Shown here piece by piece: positions 11,949-25,300 of a stretch of 64,000 nt of DNA. The translations under genes were made by a program, and so were the position numbers. This DNA comes from Tubiluchus corallicola (taxonomy: Eukaryota; Animalia; Priapulida), in assembly GCA_030141605.1 (NCBI GenBank), contig JAQGDQ010000088.1, positions 124,001-188,000 on the forward strand, written 5' to 3'. Position 1 is the stretch's first letter, and every line of letters starts with the position of its first letter. The notes under the pieces were generated by a model. The model did not search any database. It had not been told where the DNA came from and saw nothing but the letters and a program-made list of their open reading frames with translations.

Positions 11949-12465
11949 TCGAATCTCTGGCGGCCATGCTTATCGAGCACAATCGCAATTCGAAGATTTT
12001 CCATATTGCGTTCGCCAGTATAATTGTTTTATTGACTTCTTTCCTACAAAGATTATTAACCGAGCAAGATTTTTACTGTTCAGTGGTTTTCGGCTTTTAC
12101 GCAGATTAACCGAGTTTTACAGTTAGTAGATTTGCACTACGTTCAAGGCTTGCTAATAACAAAAAAAAGAAACGTAAATTGTATTTCTGCTTGCTGTTGA
12201 ACTCATTTTTGATTGTCACTTACGGACCTTAATCAGTTGGATTGCAGTGTTAAGAGCTTGTTTTCGTTCGACTTGATATTACTAAACTGCGGTCTTATAT
12301 CCTGTGCGTCGGTTGACTACTGTGAATAATAGATGTATCAAAAAGAGGCCCAAGCCTTAGTTTTATATAATAATTATACATTTCTTATCTACAATGCCAA
12401 TATATTCATTTACATAAAGAATAGTACGTAACAATACAAAAATGAATTATAAATCATCAGCTCAT

Positions 12466-13654
12466 CGGTGGCATAGCTAGGGGGGTGATTAAGTGTACTG
12501 AAAAAATTGATTACGTCGGAACAGTAGAAAGACAAACACTTGAGATAATTTAATTGATTATGAAAACCATTTCTTATAGAGCTTATTGACGAAAGTTTCT
12601 TGCTAAGAAGATGATGTGTCATTGGTAACTAGCATATTAATGGCTTTGTGATATTTACATAGTCTTTCGCTTTCTGCTTCCAAAGTTTCTGTGCAGTTGA
12701 CGTTCTGCTTTGCAAAACCTATTCACATAATCTTTGCTCTGAATTTTTAAGAAGCCGTGAAGTAACATAGCTTTTTATGTGAAGTGTGCGGGGGGCGAAT
12801 TTATTTCCCCGTACACAAAAGAAGCAAACAAAAGAGGGTGGTGCTGCTTTTAGAAAGAAAAAGGCTAGGGAGAAAATCATTAAAAAAGGGACACTGTCGA
12901 AATACCTTGGTCACGAGGAACCTGCTACTATTAAAACTATTTAGTAATATCTGAGCCTACTATTACTGCTGAAACTAGATCAGTTTTCGAACCTATTATT
13001 ACTGTGGAAACAGGAGTCGTTTCTGAGCTCTATAACAGTTTTACACTTTCTCATATATCGGTTTAATTTTTTGTTTTACATATTCAGTATATAACACGTG
13101 TGTTGTTGTAAGTTACAAAATGGAGTGGTTTTAATATACTTTTATTGCTATGCAGTTTGATTTTATTCTGTCATTAGCTTACTAAACTTATTCAAAATAA
13201 AAACAAAACATGCATACAATTTTGGTGAGTGCTAACAAATTAAACATATCATCTTCTGTTGGGAGGTCTGAGGCACTATGGCAACAGGAAAAATAATCTT
13301 AAAGTGCTTGGATTATTTAGATATGCCTTGTTGTTGTTTCAATATCTAACTGCCGTGTCTTTTACATTTTCAAAACCAAAAATTAAACAAGAAGTTAAAA
13401 GTTGTCTGGCGAGTCAATTAAGATATTTGTTGACAATTCACGGCATGAAATGAATCTATTTCAAACTCGTGGTGCTGCACTATATCATTAAAATATAAAC
13501 AGTTTCACTTATTTGCTACAGGTGGTAGTCAAAATTCAAGTAAAAAATAGACAAATTTTTTACACTAGCACTCTAGTATTCAAGGCGTTGTAGTTTAGGT
13601 GGGGGTGTCAAACTAGTTCCACCTCGGGCGCCTCAAGCTCTGGCTGTGCCACTG
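12466..13654 (+). mobile_element. hAT-like non-autonomous element
   Basis: Termini CGGTGGCATAGCTAG / CTGGCTGTGCCACTG (CAGTGGC-type TIR). 8-bp flanks CAGCTCAT and TAGCTCTT match at 6/8. Internal basic remnant KQTKEGGAAFRKKK resembles a hAT transposase N-terminus. Confidence 0.6.
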
Positions 13655-14529
13655 TAGCTCTTAAAAACACATCAAATCAACACTATAAGAGAACTTGTGC
13701 ACTGTTAAGTTGGACTTGTTTTCTTTTGGTCTTTGTCCACAGACACAGGCTTTGGCATCTACATTACAACCAGCACAGAGAAATAATTAAATCTAGTTTT
13801 GTGACTTATCTACAAATAAAATTGTGCCTTGTTTTATTATTTTTGAGCAGTATTGTGAGCATTCTTGGATCACAGTACTCAAGATCTCCAGAAAATAACA
13901 AAAACTTGTATTCATTTTTAGACTTAAATTTTATTTCAAAATATCTTTTGATTACCTTTCGTTTGTCTGTCTTTGCAATCAGTACTGGAAAAACCAAGAT
14001 TAAAAGCAATAAACAAAGCAAGTTTACAATAACCATAACAGAGTGTTTATGGATATGAACAAGGTGTCCTGCTTTGTGGACATTCTCAGGTGTCCCAGTT
14101 ACTAATTCAAAGTTAAAAATTCAAGGAAAACGATGAAAATGGGGCAAAAAAAGTCAGGGGATAGGAAAGGGTTGCAAAAATAATCACAATGAATCGATAT
14201 TTTTCCAAACATATTTTTTAGTGATTCGTGTTCAAATAAAATTTTGCTACGACAGGCTCCCAGTTTCGATTTCTGTTCCAAAAATAATGATTGGATTAAG
14301 AATGTTTATTTAATGTGATTAGTGTAAATTCGTTAGCACTACTCATATATCAGTATATGGATGACTGTCCATGTCCACAAAAATGTTTGAATATGTATAC
14401 TGGTACACAATTTCTCCTTATCTTGGCAGAATAGCCAGTTACATTTTTTCAAAAGTAGAGGACCCAACACTGCTCATAGCCGCTGTTGTTTTTTTATTTT
14501 CAGGACAAAGTTCATTTAGTAATATAACG

Positions 14530-15444
14530 ATGGATGTCTGTTATATGTACAAATGTACAGCCTGTTCTGAATGTTTCATGACAGAAGAAGTCTTTTTTGC
14601 CCACACAAGAGCCTGGCATTGTAAAGTTCTTGTATCTGAAGGCAATCAGCCAGAAGTTGACGAAGAGCAGCAGGTGTCATTTGAAAGCGAATCAGAAATG
14701 CCTATTGTTGATGAACTATTTGGCGAAGGGTCTGGTAAATCGAGTGAATCGAGCCCAATTAAGTATTCTGACACTGTAATTGGCATTCCACCAAGGTATA
14801 ATATTGATGATGACATGAACGAAGATGTACTTGATCCAACTGTTAATGTTAAAGAAGAGCCCATAAATCATGCAAGCGATGAGATGCACGGAAGGATATC
14901 TCCTGAACAAACAGGTATTTTAATGACTGGCAATGCAGCTCAAAATTCTAATGCACTTCCATATTTGAGTTCAGATGAAATGGTTTTTGATAACAAGCGA
15001 AGTTTGGTACCATATTCAAACACTGAAAGCTCCTTATTACCACATTTTGGCTCTGAATTTTATTTTAAAGGATCAAAAGGCATCTACCATTGTCGCTTAT
15101 GTGGTTTAGGCTTTGACAGCAGCCATGATTTGCAGGTACACAGTCGCCTTCACAGTAATATTGACTCTGGTCTGACATGTAAAGTTTGCCATAAAACATT
15201 TTCCCACTTGGCTCTTTTAAAGCGCCATGCTCGGGTTCATGCACCAGTGGAAAAGCAGTTCAGATGTCAGCTTTGTCAGAAATCATTTAACTATGCTTGC
15301 AATTTGAAAGTTCACATGAGGGTTCATTCCGGAGAAAGGCCCTACAGTTGTGACCTTTGTCTTGCTGCTTTTGCTCATTCCAGTAACTTGAAGAAGCATA
15401 AGGATCACAAGCATCCTCAGTGGAATAACAGTTTAAAGCTATGA
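14530..15444 (+). CDS. C2H2 zinc-finger protein ZF1 (304 aa): atypical N-terminal finger module, acidic linker, four C-terminal fingers
   Basis: Acceptor TTTTTATTTTCAG at 14503, then ATG at 14530; the upstream part of the 357-aa ORF is probably intronic. Four canonical fingers with an HSGERPY linker. Confidence 0.85.
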   Translation: MDVCYMYKCTACSECFMTEEVFFAHTRAWHCKVLVSEGNQPEVDEEQQVSFESESEMPIVDELFGEGSGKSSESSPIKYSDTVIGIPPRYNIDDDMNEDVLDPTVNVKEEPINHASDEMHGRISPEQTGILMTGNAAQNSNALPYLSSDEMVFDNKRSLVPYSNTESSLLPHFGSEFYFKGSKGIYHCRLCGLGFDSSHDLQVHSRLHSNIDSGLTCKVCHKTFSHLALLKRHARVHAPVEKQFRCQLCQKSFNYACNLKVHMRVHSGERPYSCDLCLAAFAHSSNLKKHKDHKHPQWNNSLKL

Positions 15445-16991
15445 TCACATGGGGCTGTATGCAAAAAAAAAATTGTGGAATTAGTTAATGACAAGAAGAA
15501 AACTATTTAGTAGTAAATTGCAAATATTTCATTATTTATTATATCATTTCTGCTTATGAATATTGAATAGGGATAGCCCCGGAGTAAACAGACGAATTTT
15601 GCGTGTAGTCAACAAAGTTGTTTGTTTAGTTGGCTTGAACTGATCTTATTACTCTTTTAACGACTGACAAGTTCCCAAATTAGAAACTTAAACTTATTAG
15701 ACAGTCTGATAATTTGTCTCCCGGTTTTTCTCGAAGGCTTTTGTTCAAGAAAAAGCTATCAGTGAGGAGACATTAAAATAGAAGCTTCATATTATATTTT
15801 GATCATCAGGAATAATGGAACTGTAGTCCCTTCATCAGTATATGAATGTATATTGATACTTTAGTAAGTAAAGTCCTATACATGTTTTATAAATTTTTAG
15901 CTTAGCTTTCTATTGACCTTGACAGCCACTGTGGAACTGCAGCATACATTTTTGATATTGTTAAGCACAACAAGTTCTTCCTTAAGAATCTTTGTCAAGC
16001 TGTTGTGTTCGAAGTTTGCAGGTACACGATAATCACTGTGATCATCATCGTGGACCTGGTACTGTTGTAAACTTCTTGCAGTTCTGTGTTCATGGACTGA
16101 CTCCCTTACTCACTAGTGCATTACATTATTGTGGAGAAGTCCTAAAGTTAGAAAGCCCTAGAAATTTATGGACTTAATGTTAAATGTGAAATATAACTGT
16201 ATTTATATATGTAAATTATTCTATTTGTAAAATTGCCGTAAATTAATGCTAATGAATTGTAATATTTTTTGTAAACAAATGTACAGTAATCCTGTGGGCC
16301 TCGTTACACTTATGTTTCTAAAATTTAGAATAACAGCAATTCACAATCTGTTTTATCTCAATTTAGGTGAAATAAGTGAAATAGTGACATGGTCATAATG
16401 TAATTAAGCTATTTTTTCCTGAATTTGTGGAACACCTAATTTAACCCGCTTAATATCATGGACAGGTCTACATTGAATTTTTGGTGATATTGTGTATGGA
16501 TGCACACTTGTACAGTAAAGATAAAATGAATTATTGTGAATTTGGTTTGAGTAGCATTTAATTGCTATGATGTTACAAAGAAAGTGTTATTCCATCAATT
16601 TAAATTAATGGAACTAGGTAACTAATTTTGGTGAGTAGTGTTCCAGCAACATGTGCAAGTCATATACATGCGTAATAACTGCATCGATTTGACAATCGGT
16701 AATATTTATGATTGATTTCAAATACTGATGAGACATAATGGCTTTATAAAGTACAACAATAACTTTACAACTTACAAATAAATCTAGCAATCAAGACCCA
16801 TTAAGATTTAAATGGAATATTGTGATCGTGTGTTTTTATACCATATATTCATGAGTTGAAAAATTAAGAATGTGATATTCAGATCTACCATGGGCACTGT
16901 GCAGTTACTTTATTACTATTGTTACAAAATTCATAGCGTTAAATCAGTAGCTATTGCAAAGGACCACGGCAAGAAAATTGATAGTGTTATA

Positions 16992-17772
16992 CAAGGTGTT
17001 CACAAAGCCTTTAGACAATTTAAAAAATTGACAGCTTGAGTCATTGTTAAAGTTTATATTAATGTCATGTTTTTGTTTCAGTGAAGAAGTAAAAAGAAGA
17101 AAAAAGGAGATTTATTGATTTCTTTGTAACCCCTCTTTGAGATGACTACTCCATAAGAATTAGCACAATGTGTTTCTTGGTTTATTGAAACAAAATCTGA
17201 CATTAAAACACAGAGAAACTACACAACTAAATATGGAAAACAAACTGTAGCACGTTAGTCAATTTGCAACTGGCATAAGCAATTTAAGGTAATGGAAATT
17301 ATGCTACATAAGCCGAGGAGCAAAAGCCCAAGAACATTTGATAAAGATATTGTACCCATCTGCAATTCATTTTCTCATAGCCCAACAAAGTCCATCCATA
17401 CTGCTTCCATTCAACTGCAAATACCGAGATTGGCAATTCATAAAGGCTTCCATGAGAACCGGAGACTTTATGCATACAAAATTCGATTATTGCAAGCACT
17501 TAAAAACGGATGATAAACCAAAATGAAAGGAATTTGCGGTTAACATTCTCAACCACATTTGTTTTAAAAAAGAGGCAACTTCTCACGTGCTAGAGCTTGT
17601 TTTCCATATTTAGTTGTGTAATTTCTACATGTTTGCATGTCACATTTGATTTCGATAAACGAAGAAACTCAAAAAAGAGGGGTCATAAAAAATCAATGAA
17701 TATTTCTTTTTCTTCATTTTACTTCTCTGAAACAAAAACATGGCATTAATAAAAACTTTAACAATGACTCAA
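16992..17772 (+). mobile_element. Mariner-derived element: transposase 5' part plus an inverted copy of its left end
   Basis: Starts TA-CAAGGTGTTC. Decayed MTTP*ELAQCVSWFIETKSDIKTQRNY...SPTKSIHTASIQLQIPR...RLYAYKIRLLQALK is an HTH N-terminus of Tc1/mariner transposases. 17575-17772 is the reverse complement of about 17036-17270. Confidence 0.8.
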
Positions 17773-17799
17773 TAATATCATAGAAGGAAAATGGTTGAA

Positions 17800-18690
17800 A
17801 ATGCTCATCCCTAGTAGGAATGTGGTAGATGTGGTCATGTTATAATTTTATTGATGACATTGTGGGAATAGACGAGCAACTATAATAATTATTACAAAGA
17901 TGAATCAAAATTGTCAAGAAATTTAAAAACCAACAAAATTAACTGAAAACACAGTAAACTTGATGTGAAAAGGATTTTGGTGCATATATGGGTCACTAAT
18001 AATGAAGAAACTAGAATAGGACGAGCAACTATAATAATTATTACAAAGATGAATCAAAATTGTCAAGAAATTTAAAAACCAACAAAATTAACTGAAAACA
18101 CAGTAAACTTGATGTGAAAAGGATTTTGGTGTATATATGGGTCACTAATAATGAAGAAACTAGAATAGGAATATCAATATTTCGCAGACTGGATTAATTC
18201 AAAATCATTATGAAACAATGTTGAGAGAATGAACTAGAAAATAAACTGAAATGGGGTGAAACTGAAATATTACTTTTATTAGTGGTTAAACTAACGTTAT
18301 TATAAGGTTCTTTCTGCGAGTGCATTGCTAAATAGTTCTGAAGCGTGGTCAAATTTGACAACAACGGAATAGAAGATATTGGAAGTAACACAAGCAAGCG
18401 CCTTAAAGACATGATTAATCTTAGCCAATCAATACCTTATTAGGGATAAGTAACTGAATTAGGCATATAGCCACTAAAACATTCAGTAAATTATAAGAGA
18501 CTGATGTTCTATTGGGATTTATTCATAAACCAAAAAGATCAGCATTAAAGACATTATTAATCTTAGCCAATCAATACCTTATTAGGGATAAGTAACTGAA
18601 TTAGGCATATAGCCACTAAAACATTCAGTAAATTATAGGAGACTGGTGTTCTATTGGAATTTATTCATAAACCAAAAAGATCAGCATCTT
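17800..18690 (+). mobile_element. Decayed LINE RT/C-terminal fragment containing two tandem duplications (149 bp and 142 bp)
   Basis: FIDDIV motif near 17850. EAWSNLT...LEVTQASALK...PY.G...ELGI resembles the LINE at 22325-26450. Duplications at 17871-18168 and 18403-18687. Confidence 0.6.
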
Positions 18691-20159
18691 GGGTGTTAGA
18701 AATGCAAATAAACAATACACAGGAATGGTTGCAGACTTGTGCCTGTAGTGGACCATTGTGATACAATCAGCAGTTCTGCGGTTCACTGACTTCTCTTCAC
18801 TGTTTCCAAGATGAGCACAACCTAAGTGTGCAAGAAGAAAATTATTTTCTTCTGACGTTATTACATGGTCATTCCCATTTCTGCATACAAGTGTCACCCT
18901 TCCCACTTTTTACATCTTGTAACAGCTATATAATATTTTCTCTTGATTCCATAATTTCTCTAAATGTTCTTACTAATCGTTGAAGAGTATCTATTTCTTT
19001 TGTTTTAATAGTCTCTATCCCAACGTACTTGTTTTTCATTCCTTCTGATTTCTCACAACTTAGTGCATGTTCTGTTGTACCTCTTGAATCCTGCCCCTTA
19101 GGACATAAAACTTGTTTTGCATTATATTTATTATATCTACAAGGTCACATCTTCTGATATAGCGTTACTTTCATATTTTTCCCCATCAAGAAGTCTCAAT
19201 TTTGTCGTTTTCTGTATTTGTATCTTTATGTTCATGGAATATTCCTTGGTTTATAGCTTTTTTATTTCTCTTTTCTATGTGTGGTAGCTAAGACTGCGGG
19301 AAAATATAACATAGACGCTGGTAAGGAAAATGTGAAGACTATTGTGAGACGTCTGAGTAGAAAAATAATTAAAGAGCAATATTGATCGTCTCATAAAGAA
19401 CGGATGCGCAAAAAAACGCAGCAATAAATTAAGATTACAAAGACATAACAGAAAAGGCTAAAAATAATTATGATTATTCAAAATAAGGTGGAATATAATA
19501 GAAGTGAAAGGAAACTATAAAATGACCTATTACTATGCCCAGTTTATAATGGAATTCCCCAGTGAGCACTGAGCATATGAATGTAATGCTTGGCCATTGT
19601 AGTAACAATTCGTGAGGTTTGGCAATGGTATATCTATAGGTTGAGTTATCACAGGTTAGTGAGGTTCATACATTTAGATGGTGCGTCCCCACAGGACACA
19701 AAGGCGTCTATTTTTCCTATCAAAGTATAGGAAAAGGAAGACGGATTCATATTGTTAGGTATTTCGTTTTTGCGATTACGGCTACGCTGGCGGCACCAAA
19801 CGGCCGATTTTAAAATTTGTTGAGTCGCATTACATATAATTTTTTAAAATTTATATAATAATAATATTCTGAAGGCATACTCGCAATTTTGATAAGCCAA
19901 AATCACTTGTGCGTTTTTAACAAAAGAAGAATATTTCAAATACAAGTAATTATTAGTTTAAAAAAACCAAAAACATTTCATGAAAACGAAAAACAGTTGT
20001 AGCAGTAAGTTTGTATCATGTACTTCCTAATACTTCTTCAGTTTTATTGTAAGTAAAATTTACTGAGGAAAGAGGCTAGCTGACTGCGTGATTGGCTGCT
20101 TACTATGTAAAAAAAGTAATGCTTTTTATTGATTTATTGATTTTTCTCTCCTTCCCTCT

Positions 20160-20223
20160 CTCTGAGACAGACAGACAGACAGGCATGCACGCATGCACAC
20201 ACACACACACACACACACACACA
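20160..20223. repeat. (GACA)n/(CA)n microsatellite
   Basis: Seen directly. Confidence 0.9.
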
Positions 20224-22324
20224 GATCCTTCTTTTCCTTTTGTTAAAGGTTCTTCATTTGTTTCTTTGTCGTAATGCAAGGTGGCGGATTTGGTACCCAT
20301 TTAAAAATTGCAGCCATTTACGTGTCCTTCAATTAATCTATATAATTACACATATTATATTGTAGGTTTGTATATAAATAATACGCACATGCACGCACGC
20401 ACACAACAAGTAATTGCATACGGTGCTCCATATACAAATAATCAATACAGTAGTAGAGATGAGTAGGACTGAACTGCCAGCCTTGGGCATTGTAATGTCT
20501 TGATACACCCATGCACACAGACTCATATACAGGTATGATATATGCATTATTACATACAGAATTCTATGAAGCTGAGCTTATTATATTTAACAATATAAAT
20601 TGATTGCCCTTAGCACCTAGGCCTATATAAAATCAATTAATTTAAGCCCATCAATGTATTAATTATTTATCAGGACTTGTCTGTGGATTTAGCCACAGCT
20701 GTTTTATTAGTACGCTTATACAAGTATATTTTTACACGTGAACAAACTGTTTTTAATGAACCTTTTTATTTTGACATAAGCCTAACTGAATCTTAGAGAA
20801 TTATGCTAAATATAAGTGACGTCTACACATGATATATAAGGTGTTATGACCCGCCTGCAGATTCTAATTTATGCGCCAGGTTGGCTTCTCACCTGAATTC
20901 TGTAACTTGATTTTAACCTATTAGTATATTAGTTATTTTGATATTAGTTAGTTGTTATAGTAGAAATTTATTGATTTTTGGCCAATAGGGCCGATCAAAC
21001 AACAAGCACCTGTACAACAAGATTTTACATACAAATGCGAACAAACTTAGCTACAGCACTTTGAATAGTGACATCACGAGACTGCATCATACAAGTTAGT
21101 CTGTCATCAATATTTAAAAAGTAATGTCTGGAAGAGGTGGAAGTAATGCCGGCTGCTTAGGATGACAGCTTTGATGTTTCGTTTTGTTATTTTTTGTTCA
21201 CTTACAATAAAAAAAGAGGAGTAATGCCGTAAATGCATCTCCGTTTGTTCAACGTGACTTTATAACAAATTCCAACTCATAACAAAGGCCAATGTATGAT
21301 TATATGCTTTTTAAATATCTTTTAATTGGAATTAACAAAACATCCAGATGCTTAGATTAAGTTTTTTTCTGGAAAAATTATTTTTGCTCTTCTGAAAAAA
21401 TCTATTTTTTTGTATGAAAGGTGTTACACATGAAAGTCAGGCCTAATATTTCTTCAAGCTATATTTCCTGATAAAAACATATTTAATAGCAATGTTTTTT
21501 AAAAAAATATTTCTTCAGAAATAGAATACTACATGAGCCAGGTATTTGCAAACTTTCTTGATGATCAACTTTCTTAACTTCTTTTGTAAGTAAGCCTATG
21601 TAGTATTAATTTTCATGAGATATGAATATAATCGTTTTTATTTTAACTACTAATTATTCTTAGGGATTATGCACTTATGCTTGCTTTAGATAATATTCAA
21701 AAATATAACAGCTGCTATAAATCGCCAAAGACAGATGTAGGCTTTGCAGTCTTTGCTTAGTGTACACATGTTTAACTAGTAACAAAAGTTACAAAACTGT
21801 GTTATGATTAGGAATTTGTTATAATTACCTGGCTACATCCTCGGGAAATTTAAGAAGATATTTTTATTTATGTTTTGCAACTCACTGCTGAGCAAGTTAT
21901 GAGCACCTGTCGACCGGCGGCCTGGCTTTGGTGGTCTCATCAATTCATCTGCTGCAGTACACACCGGTGCCCGAATAGCTTACGCTATAGCGTACCTCAC
22001 GACAGTCCGTACTGCTGTGCCGCTAGGGCGACACTAACTACTGCGAACGCGAACTGCTGCTCAATATGATTCCATACACTCTGTGATCCGTATTCTTTGT
22101 TCCTGTTCTTTATCACTGAAGATATCTTGCATTGCAATCCAGAGAAAAATGTGAACGTTAACTTGTAGTCGCTTTTGTTTGGAGAGGTACAGTACGTATT
22201 TAACGGTGTTATGTAAGTGTTACATTTTTCTGCGCAATAGAAAGTAATAGCTTTGAATAAACTAAGGTGCTTACTCAGGACCATCTGCCTTGCTATTGAA
22301 CGAGCCTGAACAAACTGCCCACGA

Positions 22325-25300
22325 GGTCACACTTCACAGATTTTTTCCTGTTTTGGTTTGTACTTGAGTTTCGTTGCTATTCTTCTACATCTTGCAAACA
22401 TTTTACTCCCATATCGTTTCGATATTCCATTGTTGCTTTGACACACTGGCTTACTTGTTTCAATACTGCACTAATTACATCCCTGCTTGTTACATTCAAC
22501 TTTCTTATTTTGTAATTTGACACATTCAAACAGATGTTCTGCTGTTTCTTGCTCTACACTACATGATGGGCATCCTAGGTTATTAACATACTTACTCTTA
22601 TAGTTTGCTTTTCCTTCAGTGATCTATCATATTTACTCGCACTTTCATTATAGCACTAACAGTTGCAGTTGGAAATATATTTTCCTTTTTCAGGGCTAAT
22701 TAATGATAAGAAGTTAAGAACCCTTATTTTGTAATATTTGTTATTGCATGCTGCTATTGCTCATTTATCTTTATTTGTATAGGCTTCTTTACTTATTTTT
22801 TCCATGTTGACCGTTTTAACGTTATTACTTTGTTTTTATCTATATTAACTTCATTTTCTTCACCTATTTTCACTAATTCTTCATACCAACATTTTGGATA
22901 TTCTTTTACAATCTACTCCTTCAGTATTAATTCTGCTAGATGGTTATCATTAAAGTACAGCAAATTAAAGTACTGTACTGTATTCGTTTTTCCATTGACC
23001 ATGTTCAAGTTTCTGTTAATAAACCCCAGTTACGTGGTTAATAAACCACAGGGTACTTTGGTTTTGACCTGATATTTTCTTTAGTATGCATGCTTGTATT
23101 TTCTCCAATTCTTGTATTTCCATCCTTGTCATATTAGTCCATGTTTCAGCATTACTAATTACGCTCGGTCCTATAACAGCTTCATACAATTTTATTCTAG
23201 TCATGATTGCTAACTGTGCTACTTTGTTTTCTGCACCAAAATGCATAACTTCAGCCACCTTATACTTTGTTTAATTTTTCCTATGCTCTAGCATGTCTAA
23301 ATCCTGTTAGTTTTCCATTTCTGACACTTTCTTTTAATTAGTTTTTCTGTGTTTTTTTGTTCAGCTTTAGTGACAAATATTACAATGTTATTATATTACT
23401 TTATTAACTTCCATCCCTCTATGCACAGTTATCTGTCACTTTTGCCATTTTATTAATATTTCCTCACAAGTAATATGTCATCAACATATAATAGTGTTCC
23501 TACTTCCAAATTAGGACCACACATAGTCACAGCCTCATTTCTTATACTATTAATTTTACCCATGACTATGGTGCACAGTACATTTCGATAAACTGTACCT
23601 TGTCTTACTCACTCACCAATTGCTATTTATTCTATTAAACCCAACAGTGTGTCAGTCAATGCATTTGCGTCTTTATTCATATTATATACCAGTTCCACTT
23701 CATCCACATTTGCACCTGCTTTCCATAGTCCAACAATACAGTCTTTTACCACATTTTATCTGAACAATTCTCCTTGTCACCAAACATTAGTATCAAATTG
23801 TTATAATCTGTAAGGCTCATAGTGTAAATAAATGATCAGCAGTGGATCTTTTTTCTGCTCTTCCACATTGTTTGCTTATTGATGTCTGTATTTCGTGTTT
23901 ATTGAATAACTTGTTTACTGCACTTGTTAAGGAAAGCTCACGTCTATTTTCATTTCATTCTTTGAATCTTTGCCTTTACATAATGATTTGCTTCCATTCG
24001 TCTGGGATTTATTTATTATTATTTTATTGCAACTTTTTATTGCATTAAACATACACACTATGCTTTGTACGAGGCATTCGCCTGCATTTTCAATCATTTT
24101 GTTCTTTATTCCTTAGCTATCTTGCAATTTTTTTGTTTTTAGTTGTTTTATTTCATGTACAACTTCTTCTTTACTTATTTCTTCAACTTCATTTATTAAT
24201 GCTAGTAATTCTCTCTGTTTTATTATCGCATTAACTACTGCTTCCATTTTCTTTTCTTTTACAGTAACTGCTTCTCTGGGCTGCAGTAATTTTTCGTAGT
24301 ATATTCGAAATATTTCTTTTATTTCTGCTGGTGTTTCTCTCAATTTGCCATAGTAATCTTTCATGACTATCCCATCTTCTTTTTTCTTATTTGATAGTTT
24401 CTTTTTCAACTCCTAGAATGCCTGAGAATTTACTTCTCCTTGCTTTTTTATATTCTCCACTGTTTTATCTATTCTCATTCTATATCCCTGTTGATTGCAT
24501 TCATAAATAACTTCTGTTATTCTTTTTTTCCATAACTGCAACATATGTGGTTTCTCTTCCTTTCTTTCAATTGGTATTCTACTTACTTTTATTTCTTTTA
24601 TATTTTCTTTACTTCTTTCTTTGCATTCTGTAGTTACTCACTGCTTTAGATGTGGATTTCTTTTTCTTATTTAGTTACATTTTTATAATAAGTTTTTTAC
24701 CTCTTCTTGCCATTTTGTATACTTGTTCCCTATTGTTTCTTTGCTGTAGTTATTCCATATTCCAGTTAAGCATCCTTGTTTTTTCATCATGTTGAATTTA
24801 TCTAACCTTTTCTCATTAATGACACTTTTGTATTGTTTTTTTTATCATACTGTTTTCTGTCTAATTGTATCCAGTTACATTGCTTATTATGGAATTATGA
24901 TCACAATATATTTGTTTTGCTTCTCCTTTTTCCTTTATTACTCTATAAACTACATACTTCTTTTCTTCATCTATAGTCATATATTTTACTGCATTTACAT
25001 CTTCTTGACTTAACAGCACATAATCTAATATTGACTTATTTTTTTATCTAGTCTTGTCCAGAGTCCTGTCAATTTTTACTTTACAATTTATTATGGAAAT
25101 ATTCTCTTGTTCTGCTAATTTCGTGAATTGTTTGCCTGCTACAGTCATTTCTTCTTTATTTCCTTTGATTTTTACTTCTATTTTGGCATTAAAATCTTCC
25201 ACTATATATGGTTTGTTATTATTTTTTTGCTATTCTTATTTGTTCTTGTATTGTCGTATGCATTTTTATTATTGTTTCTTTTTCTGTTTTTGACTCTTGT

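Noticed and set aside
14371-14529. N-terminal 53-aa hydrophobic extension of the 357-aa ZF1 ORF, suggesting a membrane-anchored ZNF
   Set aside because: It spans a polypyrimidine tract and acceptor (14503). The paralogue ZF2 starts just before the shared module, so ATG 14530 is the likelier start.
21885-21945. Hammerhead-ribozyme-like string on the minus strand (TTGATGA-GACC...GGTC-GACA)
   Set aside because: Two core positions deviate from CUGAUGA/GAAA, and I could not form stem I around either candidate CUC cleavage site.
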